64,000 nucleotides of DNA from the NCBI GenBank assembly GCA_026025075.1, contig JAPEUI010000040.1, forward strand, positions 62,001-126,000. Direction: 5' to 3'. Positions 23,468-34,800 of the stretch are shown here, in pieces. The translations under genes and the position numbers were made by a program. The notes below the pieces were generated by a model. It made no database searches. It was not told where the DNA came from and worked only from the letters and a program-made list of their open reading frames with translations. Numbering within the stretch: the stretch's first letter is position 1; each line of letters starts with the position of its first letter. The DNA comes from Vezdaea acicularis (Eukaryota).

Positions 23468-24844
23468 TCAGTAAACACGCGTGGGACGAGCAAAGTTATG
23501 TTGGAACATAGCCTTCTCTAGAATATCTCGGGCCGGAGTAAATTGGCCATACAGGGCAGAGGGGCCTGGAACGTATCGTGGTGCGAATAGAGGAGCGGCA
23601 GGGGCCTGCGACGCTCCGGAATGGACAGAGGATGAGGGACAAGTAGAGATGGAGGAGGTGTCCGAGAGATCAGAGCCAGAGTCAGAGTCAGAGTCTGATC
23701 CCAAGTCACCGGAGGAGCCAGAACCGGAAGATCCTGAGGATTCGGAACCCTCGGAGTAAGAGGTCTTGAAGGAGTATTGAGCGTTGAGTGGTGTGAGGGG
23801 TGAGTTTTGATGTTTGAGTTGTTGGTAGATGGAGAGGACGCGTTGCGCTTCGGGTGTGACGACTTTGCATGACGGTTCGTGTTGGGTGATGGTCCGGCTG
23901 CGTGTCGTGAACCTTGGGCAGTTTATGATGAGCTTACGCAACTCCGGGATCCTTATTCTCCGGTGAGGATTGATCTCAAACACCCTTTTGAGGATCGAAT
24001 CTAACTCCGGAGAAATAGGAAGGATGGTCCGTAGAAAGCCTGTATTTTCCCGGTAAGCCCTAAAGGTGGAGTCCTCCATCGAGGCGCGCTTCCACGGATT
24101 CCGACCACACGTCAGGTTTACCAGGATGACACCAAGAGACCATGTGTCATTTGGACCAGAGGCATAACGAGAATAATTCCTCGGATTGGGTTGTTGGCAT
24201 TCTGGCTTGGTTAGTGAGTTCCTGGGCGGGGAAGCGGGTCCATAGTTACCTGGGCTCATGTAGAATGTAGAGCCGCAACCAAAGTCGCTCGTTGATTGCT
24301 CCATTGTCGCGAGACCGAAATCGGCAAGCTTGACTGTGTAGCCGTTGTTGGTGCACATGATGTTTTCGGGCTTCAGGTCTCTATGATAGATGCCAATGGA
24401 GTGGCAGTATTCAACCGCGTCAAGGATTTGGAGGAACACATGTTTGGCCAGATCATCTTGGCCGCGATATCGACCTCGCTCCGTTATATTGGAGAAGAGG
24501 TCTCCATCGCCGCAGAATTCGAGCACTACATATGTGCAGTCCGGTGAGTCCATGATTTTGGCCAGTGAGACAACGTTGTGATGTTGGGAAGCCATGTGAT
24601 GCAACTGGATCTCACGCTGCTGGAATTTCCTCTGCCTGGGGTCCAATCCTACTTTATTCAAGGCCTTAACCGCATAGCGCACGTTGGTACGCAAGTCGGT
24701 CGCGGAGTACACCACGCCATAGGCGCCAATTCCAAGAATCTCCCGTAACTCTAGATGGCCAGCAAGTATATGGTTCAATCGGTCCTCCGGAGCGCAGAAG
24801 GCTCCGGGTGACAACGGCGGGGAAGGTGGGGGGGTGGGCAACAT
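23468..24844 (-). CDS. ran1: Ran1/Pat1-like (Sks1/Vhs1 group) Ser/Thr kinase; intron 24202-24249
   Basis: MLPTPPPSP, LGIGAYGVV, YAVKAL, YHRDLKPEN, LADFGLAT, GCGSTFYMSP|E, LVNLTCGRNPWKRA. Confidence 0.93.
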   Translation of the reverse strand: MLPTPPPSPPLSPGAFCAPEDRLNHILAGHLELREILGIGAYGVVYSATDLRTNVRYAVKALNKVGLDPRQRKFQQREIQLHHMASQHHNVVSLAKIMDSPDCTYVVLEFCGDGDLFSNITERGRYRGQDDLAKHVFLQILDAVEYCHSIGIYHRDLKPENIMCTNNGYTVKLADFGLATMEQSTSDFGCGSTFYMSPGNYGPASPPRNSLTKPECQQPNPRNYSRYASGPNDTWSLGVILVNLTCGRNPWKRASMEDSTFRAYRENTGFLRTILPISPELDSILKRVFEINPHRRIRIPELRKLIINCPRFTTRSRTITQHEPSCKVVTPEAQRVLSIYQQLKHQNSPLTPLNAQYSFKTSYSEGSESSGSSGSGSSGDLGSDSDSDSGSDLSDTSSISTCPSSSVHSGASQAPAAPLFAPRYVPGPSALYGQFTPARDILEKAMFQHNFARPTRVY

Positions 24845-27800
24845 GTTTGTCGTGAAGAGAGGGAAAAGTTATGCTGATCAAAGTAATAGGCCTCCGGTCT
24901 CTGCAATCCTTCTAGGGGAATTTATAATTGGTCCATTTAGCTCATCAGGTCCAGATATTCACTACTCAAGATATATGGCCTGCCAGTATCCTGTTATAGG
25001 TCCACGTTTCCTGTAAGGGTCCGAGTAATTATTTCCTCTGGGTATTCCCAGCGCAAAGGCCAACGGCAACCAGGAGTGATATAGAAGAACTTGACTTCGT
25101 GTGAGGCAATTGAGTGCTCGTGAGGCTAAAAGGGTGTGATGTGTGAAGGTGTAGTAGAGGTAGTGGGTGAGACGAGAAAAACTGCTGAAAGATGGTGACG
25201 GGGGGCTCAGGTAGATATCTCCGGCGGTGAAGGGGAGGTCGTCGTCGAGCGGATGAGCAGGCTGATGGAAGGCGGATGAAAGAGGGAAAGCCTCGCTCGC
25301 CCCGTTTTCTGCTGAAGGGGACTGGTTGGTGATGTGCGGAGGGGATGTGGGTGGTGGATACGATGCAATATGCGAGCGTCGCCGAAGAGAGTGCGCGCTC
25401 CCCCTTCTTAAGATCGGGCGTACTGGCCGGGCGTACGAGGCAGGCGAAAAGAGGAAGGCCATGGTGGTGGGCGGCGGGGCGACGGACGGGGGGGCGAGCG
25501 ATGGCTCAGTCACCTTACGGGGAGGGGGCTATGACGGAAGCGGATGATGCACTGGCGAGCGAGGGCAGGCGAAGGGGCGCAAGGAAGGCGCGATGACTGG
25601 CTGCGCGGCAAAACGAGGCAGGCGCTGCTGAGCAGACCAGCAGGGCAGGTGTGGATGGTGCGGACTGGTGTGGGTGGTGTGGGTGGCGTGGGTGGTGCCG
25701 TCGTCAACAGTCAACAGCAGGATGGGACGAGCATGGACAGGGGGGTTGTGCGGGCGCCGAAATGATGCATCGCGCGGATGACTCGGCCTGGAAAAAGCGG
25801 CGGCCTGTTGGGGCGAGCGTGGGCGGTGGTGAGCGTAGGCCTCCGCACCGGTGACGAGCGGTGCGGCCGCCCACTCCAGCCGTGTGTGAAGGCAGAGACA
25901 AAGCGGCGCGCGTGGCAGGGTGTGCGCCAACCACCTCTATGGCAGAATAGCCGGAGCCTACCGCTAGTCCCCGATGCGGCCTAGCTTGAGGGTTGCGCTG
26001 ATTGGCGTCGAGGACGCTTCGAGTAAGGCGGCGGTGGTGCCGTGATGCAGTGGTGCAATGGTCCGCGGTCCAGCGTCACGCAACCCGCATGAATCTCGGC
26101 TGCGCTCGCTCTTTCTGCCGAAGCCGGCAAACATCCGTCCGTCCTCCGTCGTGGCCTCTTGTCCCCAACCTCGACCGAATGCGGCTGCGGCTTGTTCCAT
26201 GGCGGCACAGGATCGATAATGGGGAGAACAAGCCATTCTATTCTCAAAGAAAGAGCAATCATCCAACCTCCCGCGAGGCGGCCGGATACGACCAGAGCAG
26301 CGAACAATTCGATAACTCGGTCGGTTGGCGCTGCGGAATCCAGCGCGACCAAACATAGCTCGTCGACCTCCCCGTTCATGCCTCGGATCTCCAGCTGGGC
26401 GCAGGGAAACATGGTCCCTTCACGCCCGTCAATGGGCAAACCTTGGTGTCTCGCCGCGCGAATGCGCGCATCCTCGCTCGTCCCTGGTCCTCGTCCGTCC
26501 CCCTTCTCTTTCGTCGCTCTCATCTGATGGACGCCAGTGAAAGCATGCCGCCCGGCCCCCATCTCGAGTCTGCCTGCGCTGCCAGAAGCGGGGGGTGAGG
26601 CATGAGGCAGAAGACGAGGGAGGAGTGCCCGCGCGCAGAGCGTTTCGCACCACCACACGCCGCGGCGCATCCTATGATTGGACGCATGGATGCGGGCTGA
26701 TCGAAGCCGCGGTCTGCCTATCGCACGCGACGGGCAAGGAGAGACATCGTCGCGGAAAGCATCGTCGTGCTGAGGCAGGCTGGAACGACGCTTGCATTCA
26801 ACCGCCCAGCAGCAAGGGCACCACCGCGGCCACTCCGCATCAAGCTGTCGTTGCGGGTCACCCGTTCATGAGCGAGTCGCCGGAGGAGCAGGGGAGGGGG
26901 GGTAGATGGCCGCCGCTGCACGCATCTCCGTTCTATTCGAAGGGTGAGACGACAAAAATTGGCCCAGACCGATAACACGCCGTCGATCGAGTGGAGCGGC
27001 GGTCGACCGGGGTGCGGCAACCTCGTGGCTCTTCATTGGACGCGATGACCTGCATGCGATATCCTGCGGCGCTTCGGCTCCTCCGTTCGAAAGTCAGTTG
27101 GGACGAGAGAGACCCTTTGACAGGTGGCTCGCGTGCGTTCCATGCAGATCAGCAATCAGCATCGACGTTTCCTTCTCAACTTAGATCCCACTCCACCGTA
27201 GATCTAGTGGGAGGATGAGAAACAATCTAGCTCCTGTCCCACGCTCAAGGCGATGGTCGGTTGCGTAATCAGGGGATGATCGGGGGACGCCCATTTGCCT
27301 CTTCCGCGAATGGGACGGTCGCCCACTCCAACCAACGATCGCAACCCGGAAACTTCCCTCTCACCTGGAGATGAGCAACAGTGATACTGGGCGCGGGCCA
27401 AAAAGCAACATCCGCCAATGTCTCCTTTCAAGCTTATTTTAGGCGCAGGTCAGGCGAGTTCGTCATCCAGTGCGGCTGTGGGGGATGAGTGTGTCTCGGC
27501 CGGTGCCTGGTTACGAGCAGGAGGCAGCTGGCGTCGCATCGCTCTGCTGTTTGCAGGAAAGCATGAATTGTTTTGATTTCCGTCTGAGCCCACCGGAAGA
27601 TTTGATTTTGCGAGAATTTCAGCTGAAGTCCAAAGTCAAATGGCACAGACCAGCGACGTTTCGGAGTAACTTCCACTCGCTCGGCGGCAGAATCGCCGGC
27701 CCAATCACTCGCCTGCCGACAAATCGTCGTCAAGATGATTAGCGGGACTAGCGTGATCGCCCTCGCCAAGGCAGGAGGCTTCGTTCGCCTCACTTTGGGC

Positions 27801-27851
27801 TTCCTTCCATTGGTTGGACGCCACGCAGGCCTGCACAAGTCTGCAGAAGTT

Positions 27852-27935
27852 ATGATGAGGATGGCACAACAAATGCTACGACGGTATGACCAGCCATCCG
27901 AAACATTCTGCCCATTGAGCCTTCACCCTGACTGA
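27852..27935 (+). ncRNA. Candidate box C/D snoRNA
   Basis: Box C ATGATGA at 27852, CTGA at 27928 and 27932, internal CTACGACGGTAT complementary to conserved 18S AUACCGUCGUAG. No clear C' box or terminal stem. Confidence 0.25.
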
Positions 27936-28875
27936 GCCCTCCTCGCGCCGCTGTACCAGAGGGTGGCCCTCGGCCCTCGGTGAATCAGATATTCCGGAGG
28001 ATCCTCGGAGAAACCTTCGTTGACTCTGCCACCACCCAACGTGCGCACGTTCCGACACTCCTTGCCGGTCGATCCGCGGCCCGACTGGGAATAGTACCAC
28101 GTCAAGCCCAGCTGATGGGCTCACACAAACCATGGTATGGAAACACCGACATCCGTGCGCAAAGGAACTGGGCATTGACACTTTGATCCGAGGCGTATTC
28201 TGGTCGCTTCTATATCCATCCGTGGGGTAAATCATGATGGTCCCTGCACCCACAAATGATGCCCTGCGGTCTGGGGGGATCAGGTGACTTTCACACATCC
28301 GACCAACAAGGGACCTCATCCGATCCCGCCTCGACGCCACAGCCCTGCTACCTCCGCTACGCCCAATGGTGGCTTCGGTTGTCCCTCACTTCGCCACTTC
28401 ATCGACGATGCATGGATGTCCTTTCATGCAATGAGTTGCTTTATTCAAGGCTCAGAAAACGGTAGGTTCTAGGCTCTTGGCTCTGTTTCGCCAACAAAGT
28501 GCAATAATTCTGTTTGTGGAGAAATAATCCATACCTAGACCCCGCAGTGATGGGGCGTGAGGGACCCTCCACCACTCTGGATCGTCAAGCTAGACCTTCC
28601 TGGCAGTTCCTCAGCACTCATCCATGACATGGAGAGTCTTAGATGTAATGCGGTTGAGAGCAGATGTTCGGAGCAATGCATTTTTAAACGTTCTCTTGTT
28701 CTTATGCAAAGAACAAGCAGGTATCCGTGACCAATGCGGTTGATAGCCGTCTTGTGCATCCTTCATCCATTTGGTTTACAAGAGTAGCTAGTTTTTTCTC
28801 TTTTATATGCCACTAGGCAATAAGATATCATTGCGATTAGCAAGAGAGAATTATCTACTCGAACATTTTATGAAT

Positions 28876-30243
28876 ATGCCTTACACAATTAGTGAAAGAC
28901 GGCGAGTTTTCCTAGCCTGTCGTTCTATATTTGTCGGGCCACACGCCCAGCTTCGGAAAAGCAAGAAAGTGCGCGAGCTGGTGCAAAATCACAAAAAATC
29001 CCTCCAACAACTTCTCAAGGATATCAGCCTTGACAAAGTCGTCGATATCATCAAAATTCTTCTAGATGGCCGCATCTTTGAATCCGAGCCGGAAGCAAGA
29101 AAAACTTTCCCAGAGCTATATCGAAGATCACCAGCCCGTGATGCACAACGCGCCGCTTCGGCGAATGAAGCGGCGCGTTCAGAGGCTGAGGCGCTCGAGG
29201 AGGTAGCGTCTTTGGTTGAGAAAGAACCTGAACCACGTGCCGGTTTGAAACATGAAGTAGCGGATTTAGAGGCTGAGGCGCCGGAGGCTGAGGCTCCGGA
29301 AGGTGAGGCTCTGGATGAGTCAGCGCCATGGGCCGAAGCAGACTCTGGACAACATGCCAATTGTAGGTGTGGAACGTTAACCAATGGTAAGTTAAGCTAT
29401 ACCATCGTAAGCATGAGCACAGTATGCTAACCATTATCTGGGGGCTCAGGAGTTGTAACGCCAGACCCGAATCCTTTGACTAACGATGTAAAATCCTTGT
29501 ATCCCGTCTATTTTCCGTACAAAATCCAGCACATCATCCTTACGAGTGCTCAGAGTTTGCTTGAGGCGTGCTGCTTCGACTTTGCAACGGAATGGATGCC
29601 ATCAATCTTGGAAGAGCAAGGCTGGGACTGTCCCGAAGCCATCGAATTAACACAATGGACAAAAATCATGTCCAAACGTTGCAAGAAAATCCCCGCACAT
29701 GCAGTAGATAACAGTTCAGGGGTTCCCCTGGATGAGCTTTTCCGCTCTACGAGCTCTCTCCGACATTCTGCCGTCCATCGGCTGCCCACCAACGCCAAAA
29801 GCATTGATCGAATGATCCTCTCTGCGCTAAACCTTGCTAAAACCCTCCGCGATTCCTCTCGCGCGAAGAAACTCGAAGTCTTACACTTTGAGCTCGACGA
29901 CCGCATTCGAGATATGGAGCTGAACAAGAACTTCCTTGAGAACAGGCTCGAAGAGGAACTCGAAGCCATCCGCGAAGCAAGAGCTGAGCTGGATCGAAGG
30001 GAAAATGAGGCTAAAGCGACCATGCTGAAAGAGGACCGCGAGAACAAGTTCTTGGTGGGCTCCCTGCTGGAGAAGTCCGCTTGGAAGTTGTTCAATGCGC
30101 CCCCCGATTGTGAGCCGGAGGGCTCGGGTGAGGTGTCCGAGGTGGATGAGGGGGAGAGTGCGAATGAGACTCATAAGGACGGTTCTCGGTTCAATTCGGA
30201 GGGCGAAACCTGCACGGAGGATCATGTGCAGATCAATAGCTGA
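28876..30243 (+). CDS. Hypothetical protein with HEPN-like RxxxxH motif and C-terminal coiled coil; intron 29387-29449
   Basis: Two long ORFs joined in frame by GTAAGT..GCTAAC..CTCAG; LRHSAVH at 29758-29778. The start may be 28807, 28870 or 28876. Confidence 0.75.
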
Positions 30244-30563
30244 AATATGGGATAAGCTCGGGCGTCTCCCCTGGGGTATCACGGGTTAAGCGTGGATAAG
30301 ATCAATTGACCGTTACAATCTAGCTGTTCTGCAAGAAGAAGCTATTTAGCTGCCGCTGGATGCCTGCGTTTGAACTTTTATGCCATATAGGGGTTGCTAT
30401 GTTATAACGCCGTATCCGTGCATCTCCTACGTGACAAACGATAAATTCAATAGGGGCCCCACCGAAAAAATAAAGAATAGCCCATACCAACGCCTCCCAC
30501 GCTTACCCCACCCCTAGACGCCTCTACCCCTTAGGCCCCCCCTCTCACCCCCCACCCCAAGCC

Positions 30564-31499
30564 CTATCCCCTAGCTCTAACCCTCCTAACCAGCACCCTC
30601 TCCCCCTCTCTCTCCCACCCAACCCCAAACTCCCCGACCAACACATCCCAACTCCTACCCCCCGTCACGCCCTCCAACCAGCCAACCCCCACCCCCAAAT
30701 AGCCCCTCCCCACACACTTCAACGCGCGTCTCACCATCCATCCCTCCGCCTCCCCCAGCAACGCACGCTGATACCCATCCACACCCCTCAACGCCTTGAA
30801 AAAGCGGCGATAATCCCCCTGCGTCATCGCCGCGAGCAGAATATCGACGCGCACGTCATGCACGCCGAAGCGGTGGCGTACGGCATACGCTTCGCCGAGA
30901 AGGCTCCGGCGCGAGGCGAGGTCGAGGATGAGGTATATGACGAATTCGCGGAGGAGCGGGCCGGGGAGGGGAGTGTGTGGGTGGAGGGTGTAGAGCAAGT
31001 GGAGTAGGGCGGAGGAGTAGCTGGCTGGTTGATGCGTTAGGATGCCGAAGCGGATGGAGAAGGTGTAGACTGTTGTAGTGAAGGTGTCTTGGCGGTGGGT
31101 GGATAGGGTTGCTTCGCGCAGTTTGCGGAGGGAGAGGGAGAGGAGGGATATTTCGCGGGGTGGGAAGGTGAGGGCGGGGGCAGAAGAGGAGGGGGAAGGG
31201 GAGAGGGAAAGTGTGCTGAGCAGGGTGTGGAGGGATTCGGGTCCGCCTTGCGTGCCGCACAGGGATAGCCAGCGCCCTTGGATCAGTTGGTAGTATGCTT
31301 CTTGCGCTTTGTGGTCTAGCAGCCTGTGAGGCGTTAGTGGGGTATGTGCGGCTCGGGCTGGGCTGGGCTGGGCTAGGCTGGGGGATTACTTGGTATCGCC
31401 TTTTGAGGGCAGACCCGCGCTTTCGAGCGGGTCCTGCGGTGCGGCTTTCATGCGGTTCCATGGGTTTGGGACTTGGCGCGGGCGCGAGGGCGGGGCCAT
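30564..31499 (-). CDS. SAC3/GANP-like PCI-domain protein; intron 31324-31389
   Basis: MAPPSRP..GLPSKGDTK|LLDHKAQEAYY..SLRKLREA..GDYRRFF..RALKCVGRGY, with a winged-helix-like end. Gene model solid; family moderate. Confidence 0.65.
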
Positions 31500-31825
31500 T
31501 GTACGTGTAGTGAGGTGGGGGTTGGACAAAAGAGAGGGGTTCAGGAGTATTGCTGTGTTTGGGAGATTTAACGGGGGAGATCAGGGGTTGGGGTGAGGTG
31601 TGGAGTCAACAATCGAACTCGGGGGATATGATGGTGGGGCGCCGAGCCGAGCGGACGAAGGAATATCCGAGCTTCGTCACTTCCGCCGCAATTGCGCTTC
31701 CTTCCATCACAACCTAACCTCCTACATACACCCCCAACATCCTCACCCAAAAACCCCCTCCAGCATACCTTTCCAAACGCCTCCACCTCACCCAACCCAC
31801 CTCCCCCACGAAGAAAAAAAAGATA

Positions 31826-32418
31826 ATGTCAACCCGTACGTCCTCTCCCCCGCATCTCTCTTTTCAAACTAACCCCCTCCCCCCAAAGCAAACCCCCCTC
31901 CCTCAATCACCGACCCCTCCCACACCCCCTTCACACCAATCAACATCCTCCTCCTCCTCGCCCTCGCCATCCTAACCTACTACAAACTGCGCCCCCCACC
32001 ACCCCCCTCCCTCCCCAAACCCTCCTCCCCAATCCTCTTCAAAACCTACACTCCCCCGACCCTCCTGCCCCACAACGGCATAGACCACCCTTCCATCTTC
32101 CTCGCCGTCCGCGGCAACGTCTACGATGTAACCCCCGGCAGCAACTTCTACGGGCCGGGCGGTCCTTACCATAATTTTGCGGGAAGGGACGCTTCGAGAG
32201 GACTTGCGCTGGGGAGTTTTGAGGAGGATGTCCTGACGAGTGATTTAAAGGGGCCGTTGGATACGCTGGGGGGGCTGGATGAGGAACAAAAGGAGGCGTT
32301 GGATGGCTGGGAAGAGAGGTTTAGGGAGAAGTATCTTTGTGTGGGGAGGTTGGTTGCGGTGGGGGAGGAGGGGAAGAAGGGGGAGGGAGATGAGGTGGAG
32401 GTGGAGGGAGATGAGTAG
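31826..32418 (+). CDS. DAP1: Membrane-associated progesterone-receptor / cytochrome b5-like heme-binding protein; intron 31836-31888
   Basis: Absent from the ORF track. Spliced: MSTPNPPP..FTPINILLLLALAILTYYKLRP..IFLAVRGNVYDVTPGSNFYGPGGPYHNFAGRDASRGLA..WEERFREKYLCVGRL. Confidence 0.93.
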
Positions 32419-32810
32419 AGTGGTGGTGCACGGGATTTTAGGGAAGTGGAAGAGAGAGTGATCAGTCAGTGTCAAAAGCGGTGGCCTAATATGACTGCGA
32501 CTGTGGGGAGCCGCCTAGGGGCACGTCATATACTCTAATAATATCTTCACCGGCAACGCAGGGGAAGGTTGAGAACTAAGTCTAAAAGTATATATTTCCT
32601 GTGAACCGCTTGGTATCGTACGGTGAAACCCGGCTATCAGCGACCTAATGAAGTGACCGGCCAATTCTCCCAGCACGCCCACTCCAATTATGCCATTAGA
32701 TCCATCGCCAATACGCCACGACAAGCCCCGCTAAACGGCCCCAATATCATATCGATTCATCGTCCTCGTAGTCACAACGGTATCAGATGACAGGCAATGG
32801 CGACAAAAAC

Positions 32811-34800
32811 TCAGCCCGTAACGCGCCTGACCCACAGTCCAGTCGGCTCGCCGCGGTGCTCGAGCTTGTCGCGCCGACGCCATGCACGATGTAGCCGCAT
32901 GCCCAGGTCGTGTAGCTGCCGCTGCACCTCAGCCAGCTCCATCTCGAACTCAGAAACCTTCCCCCGCTGAGCGTACGTGCCGCGCGAGAAATCATGGATC
33001 AGTCTTTGCAAGTTGCCCTTCCGGTAGTGTAGATTGTTGATTTGATTCTCTAGGTTTGTGATCAAGTCGACCTCGTGGCCTTCAGAAGGAGGTTGCGGTA
33101 GGGCTTTTGAATCTCGGTAAGCGGCATCGATGGTCGGCACCTGCGATGGCGTTGGTTTTCGTGTCGTTGCCTTGACGTTGGATGACTCGACCGAGTCGCG
33201 GGTGGTGGGGCGTTTGCGATTCAAGATAGGTGAGGGTGGGTAATTTTCTGGACTACTGGGAGGGTCGTCATCGTATGCATTGCGCGTGTCGCCGGTAGCA
33301 TAGGTGGTGAAGCTGAAGCGGCTCGCAGGTTGTTCGTCCATGTTGATGGTGTTCATCTGGTTCCGGAAATTAGTGTACAGATCATTCGGCCGCTGTTGCG
33401 ATGCTGTTCCTGTCAACAATGCATAGGCTTCACGTCTGCTAGTTTCGTCCTCCTCTTGAGAGGGTATGCCGTATCGCGCGACTGGCGCCATGTTTGGCTG
33501 GGGAGGTCCGTATGTGGGCGACGTGATCGCTGAAGTCGTGGGAGTGACATTGCGGGGGGGACTATTTCGTCCAGCCTTTAAAGGTACCGTTGGTTTGATT
33601 TCCGGTTCTTCATCTCCCGGAGGTTGTGTTGTAGCGGGATATGACGTTTCAGAAGCTCGAGCATCCGAAACCCGCGTCGGAGTGCTCTCCCCAGAATTGC
33701 CTCCAGTAGGACTGACCCTTTTTGGACTTCTTGCCGGAATTGGGATGGGTTTTGTCGCAGGAAGCGGTTTATCGGTGTTCGGGCTTGCCCTCTCATTACC
33801 ACCTGTGGCCCCTTGCCACTCATTACTAAAGTTCGTTTTTACCCCCAGCCCTTTAATTCGAGATCTTGGTGCCTGCTGCACACTATCTGGCTCTGCAAAG
33901 TCTAATGGTGCGCTTTGTCGTAGTCCACTCCTATCTGCTTTGGTGACTGGAAGTTGCGGGCTTGCGCGATTGGAGTGTGTGTACAAAGTGTTACCTTGCG
34001 ACGACATTTGTTGGCCTGCAACATCGTTCCAACTCGTCAGAGTAGAATCTCTTGGTTGAGGCATGTCGTTGTCACCCCTTCGGTAAGCCAAGTATGATCC
34101 AGGAGGTGCCGTGCTACTGAGGCTGTTCACCGGCCGCCTAGGAATTGGAATATGGCTTGTATATTGGGGTTTCGGCATTGCTTCGAAAGACGGCGTCTCG
34201 GGAAGCTCCTCCACAGGTGAGATATTGGGACTTCCATGCCAGTCATGCGCGCGAAGGTGAGCATCCATCTCTGGAGAGCTTGGCGGCGAAACCTCCGAAT
34301 ATACGGATGATGCTGTCGGAGCCATTGAACTTCTTACTTGATGCTGGCGTAGATCTGGTGACGGTTGCGAGTATACGGAGGAAACAGTTTTCATGTCAGA
34401 TACTGGCCGTTGCATCGATCGACTTGTCATCGGCTCCATCGCTTGACTAGAAGAGTTTGGAGGTTAGCAATGCCGACTTTATGATAGAAATGATAAATAA
34501 TGAATGATTGTTGCTGATACGATTTCCGTCACCATATCCCTGGAATGGATGCAAACATCAGATTCTTCCAAGCGGTGCTAATTCTACTTACAAAGGTAAT
34601 GGTGGTAATCCCTTGACTGTGTCGCCGCTCTCATGACCCAAGGTATCCTTGTATGGAGTGGGGCTCGGCAGCCCAAGGTTGACATCTGACACGTTCTGAT
34701 AGCTGTTCAGCACCTTCTCGTCCATAGTCGTGTCTAGTAGCGTAGGCCCAGAAATGACTGGGTCGCGATTGCGATGGTAACCAGGTATTCGTTTCCACAT
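32811..34800 (-). CDS. Hypothetical S/P-rich disordered protein with C-terminal coiled coil; intron 34447-34591
   Basis: Exon MWKRIPG..LPPLP joined in frame to the 542-aa ORF; ends ELAEVQRQLHDLGMRLHRAWRRRD..EPTGLWVRRVTG. Confidence 0.75.

Noticed and set aside
25529..28759. Many 60-230 aa ORFs in the gene-free region
   Set aside because: Low-complexity R/A/G/P composition, mostly non-ATG starts, no coherent exon chain or motifs.
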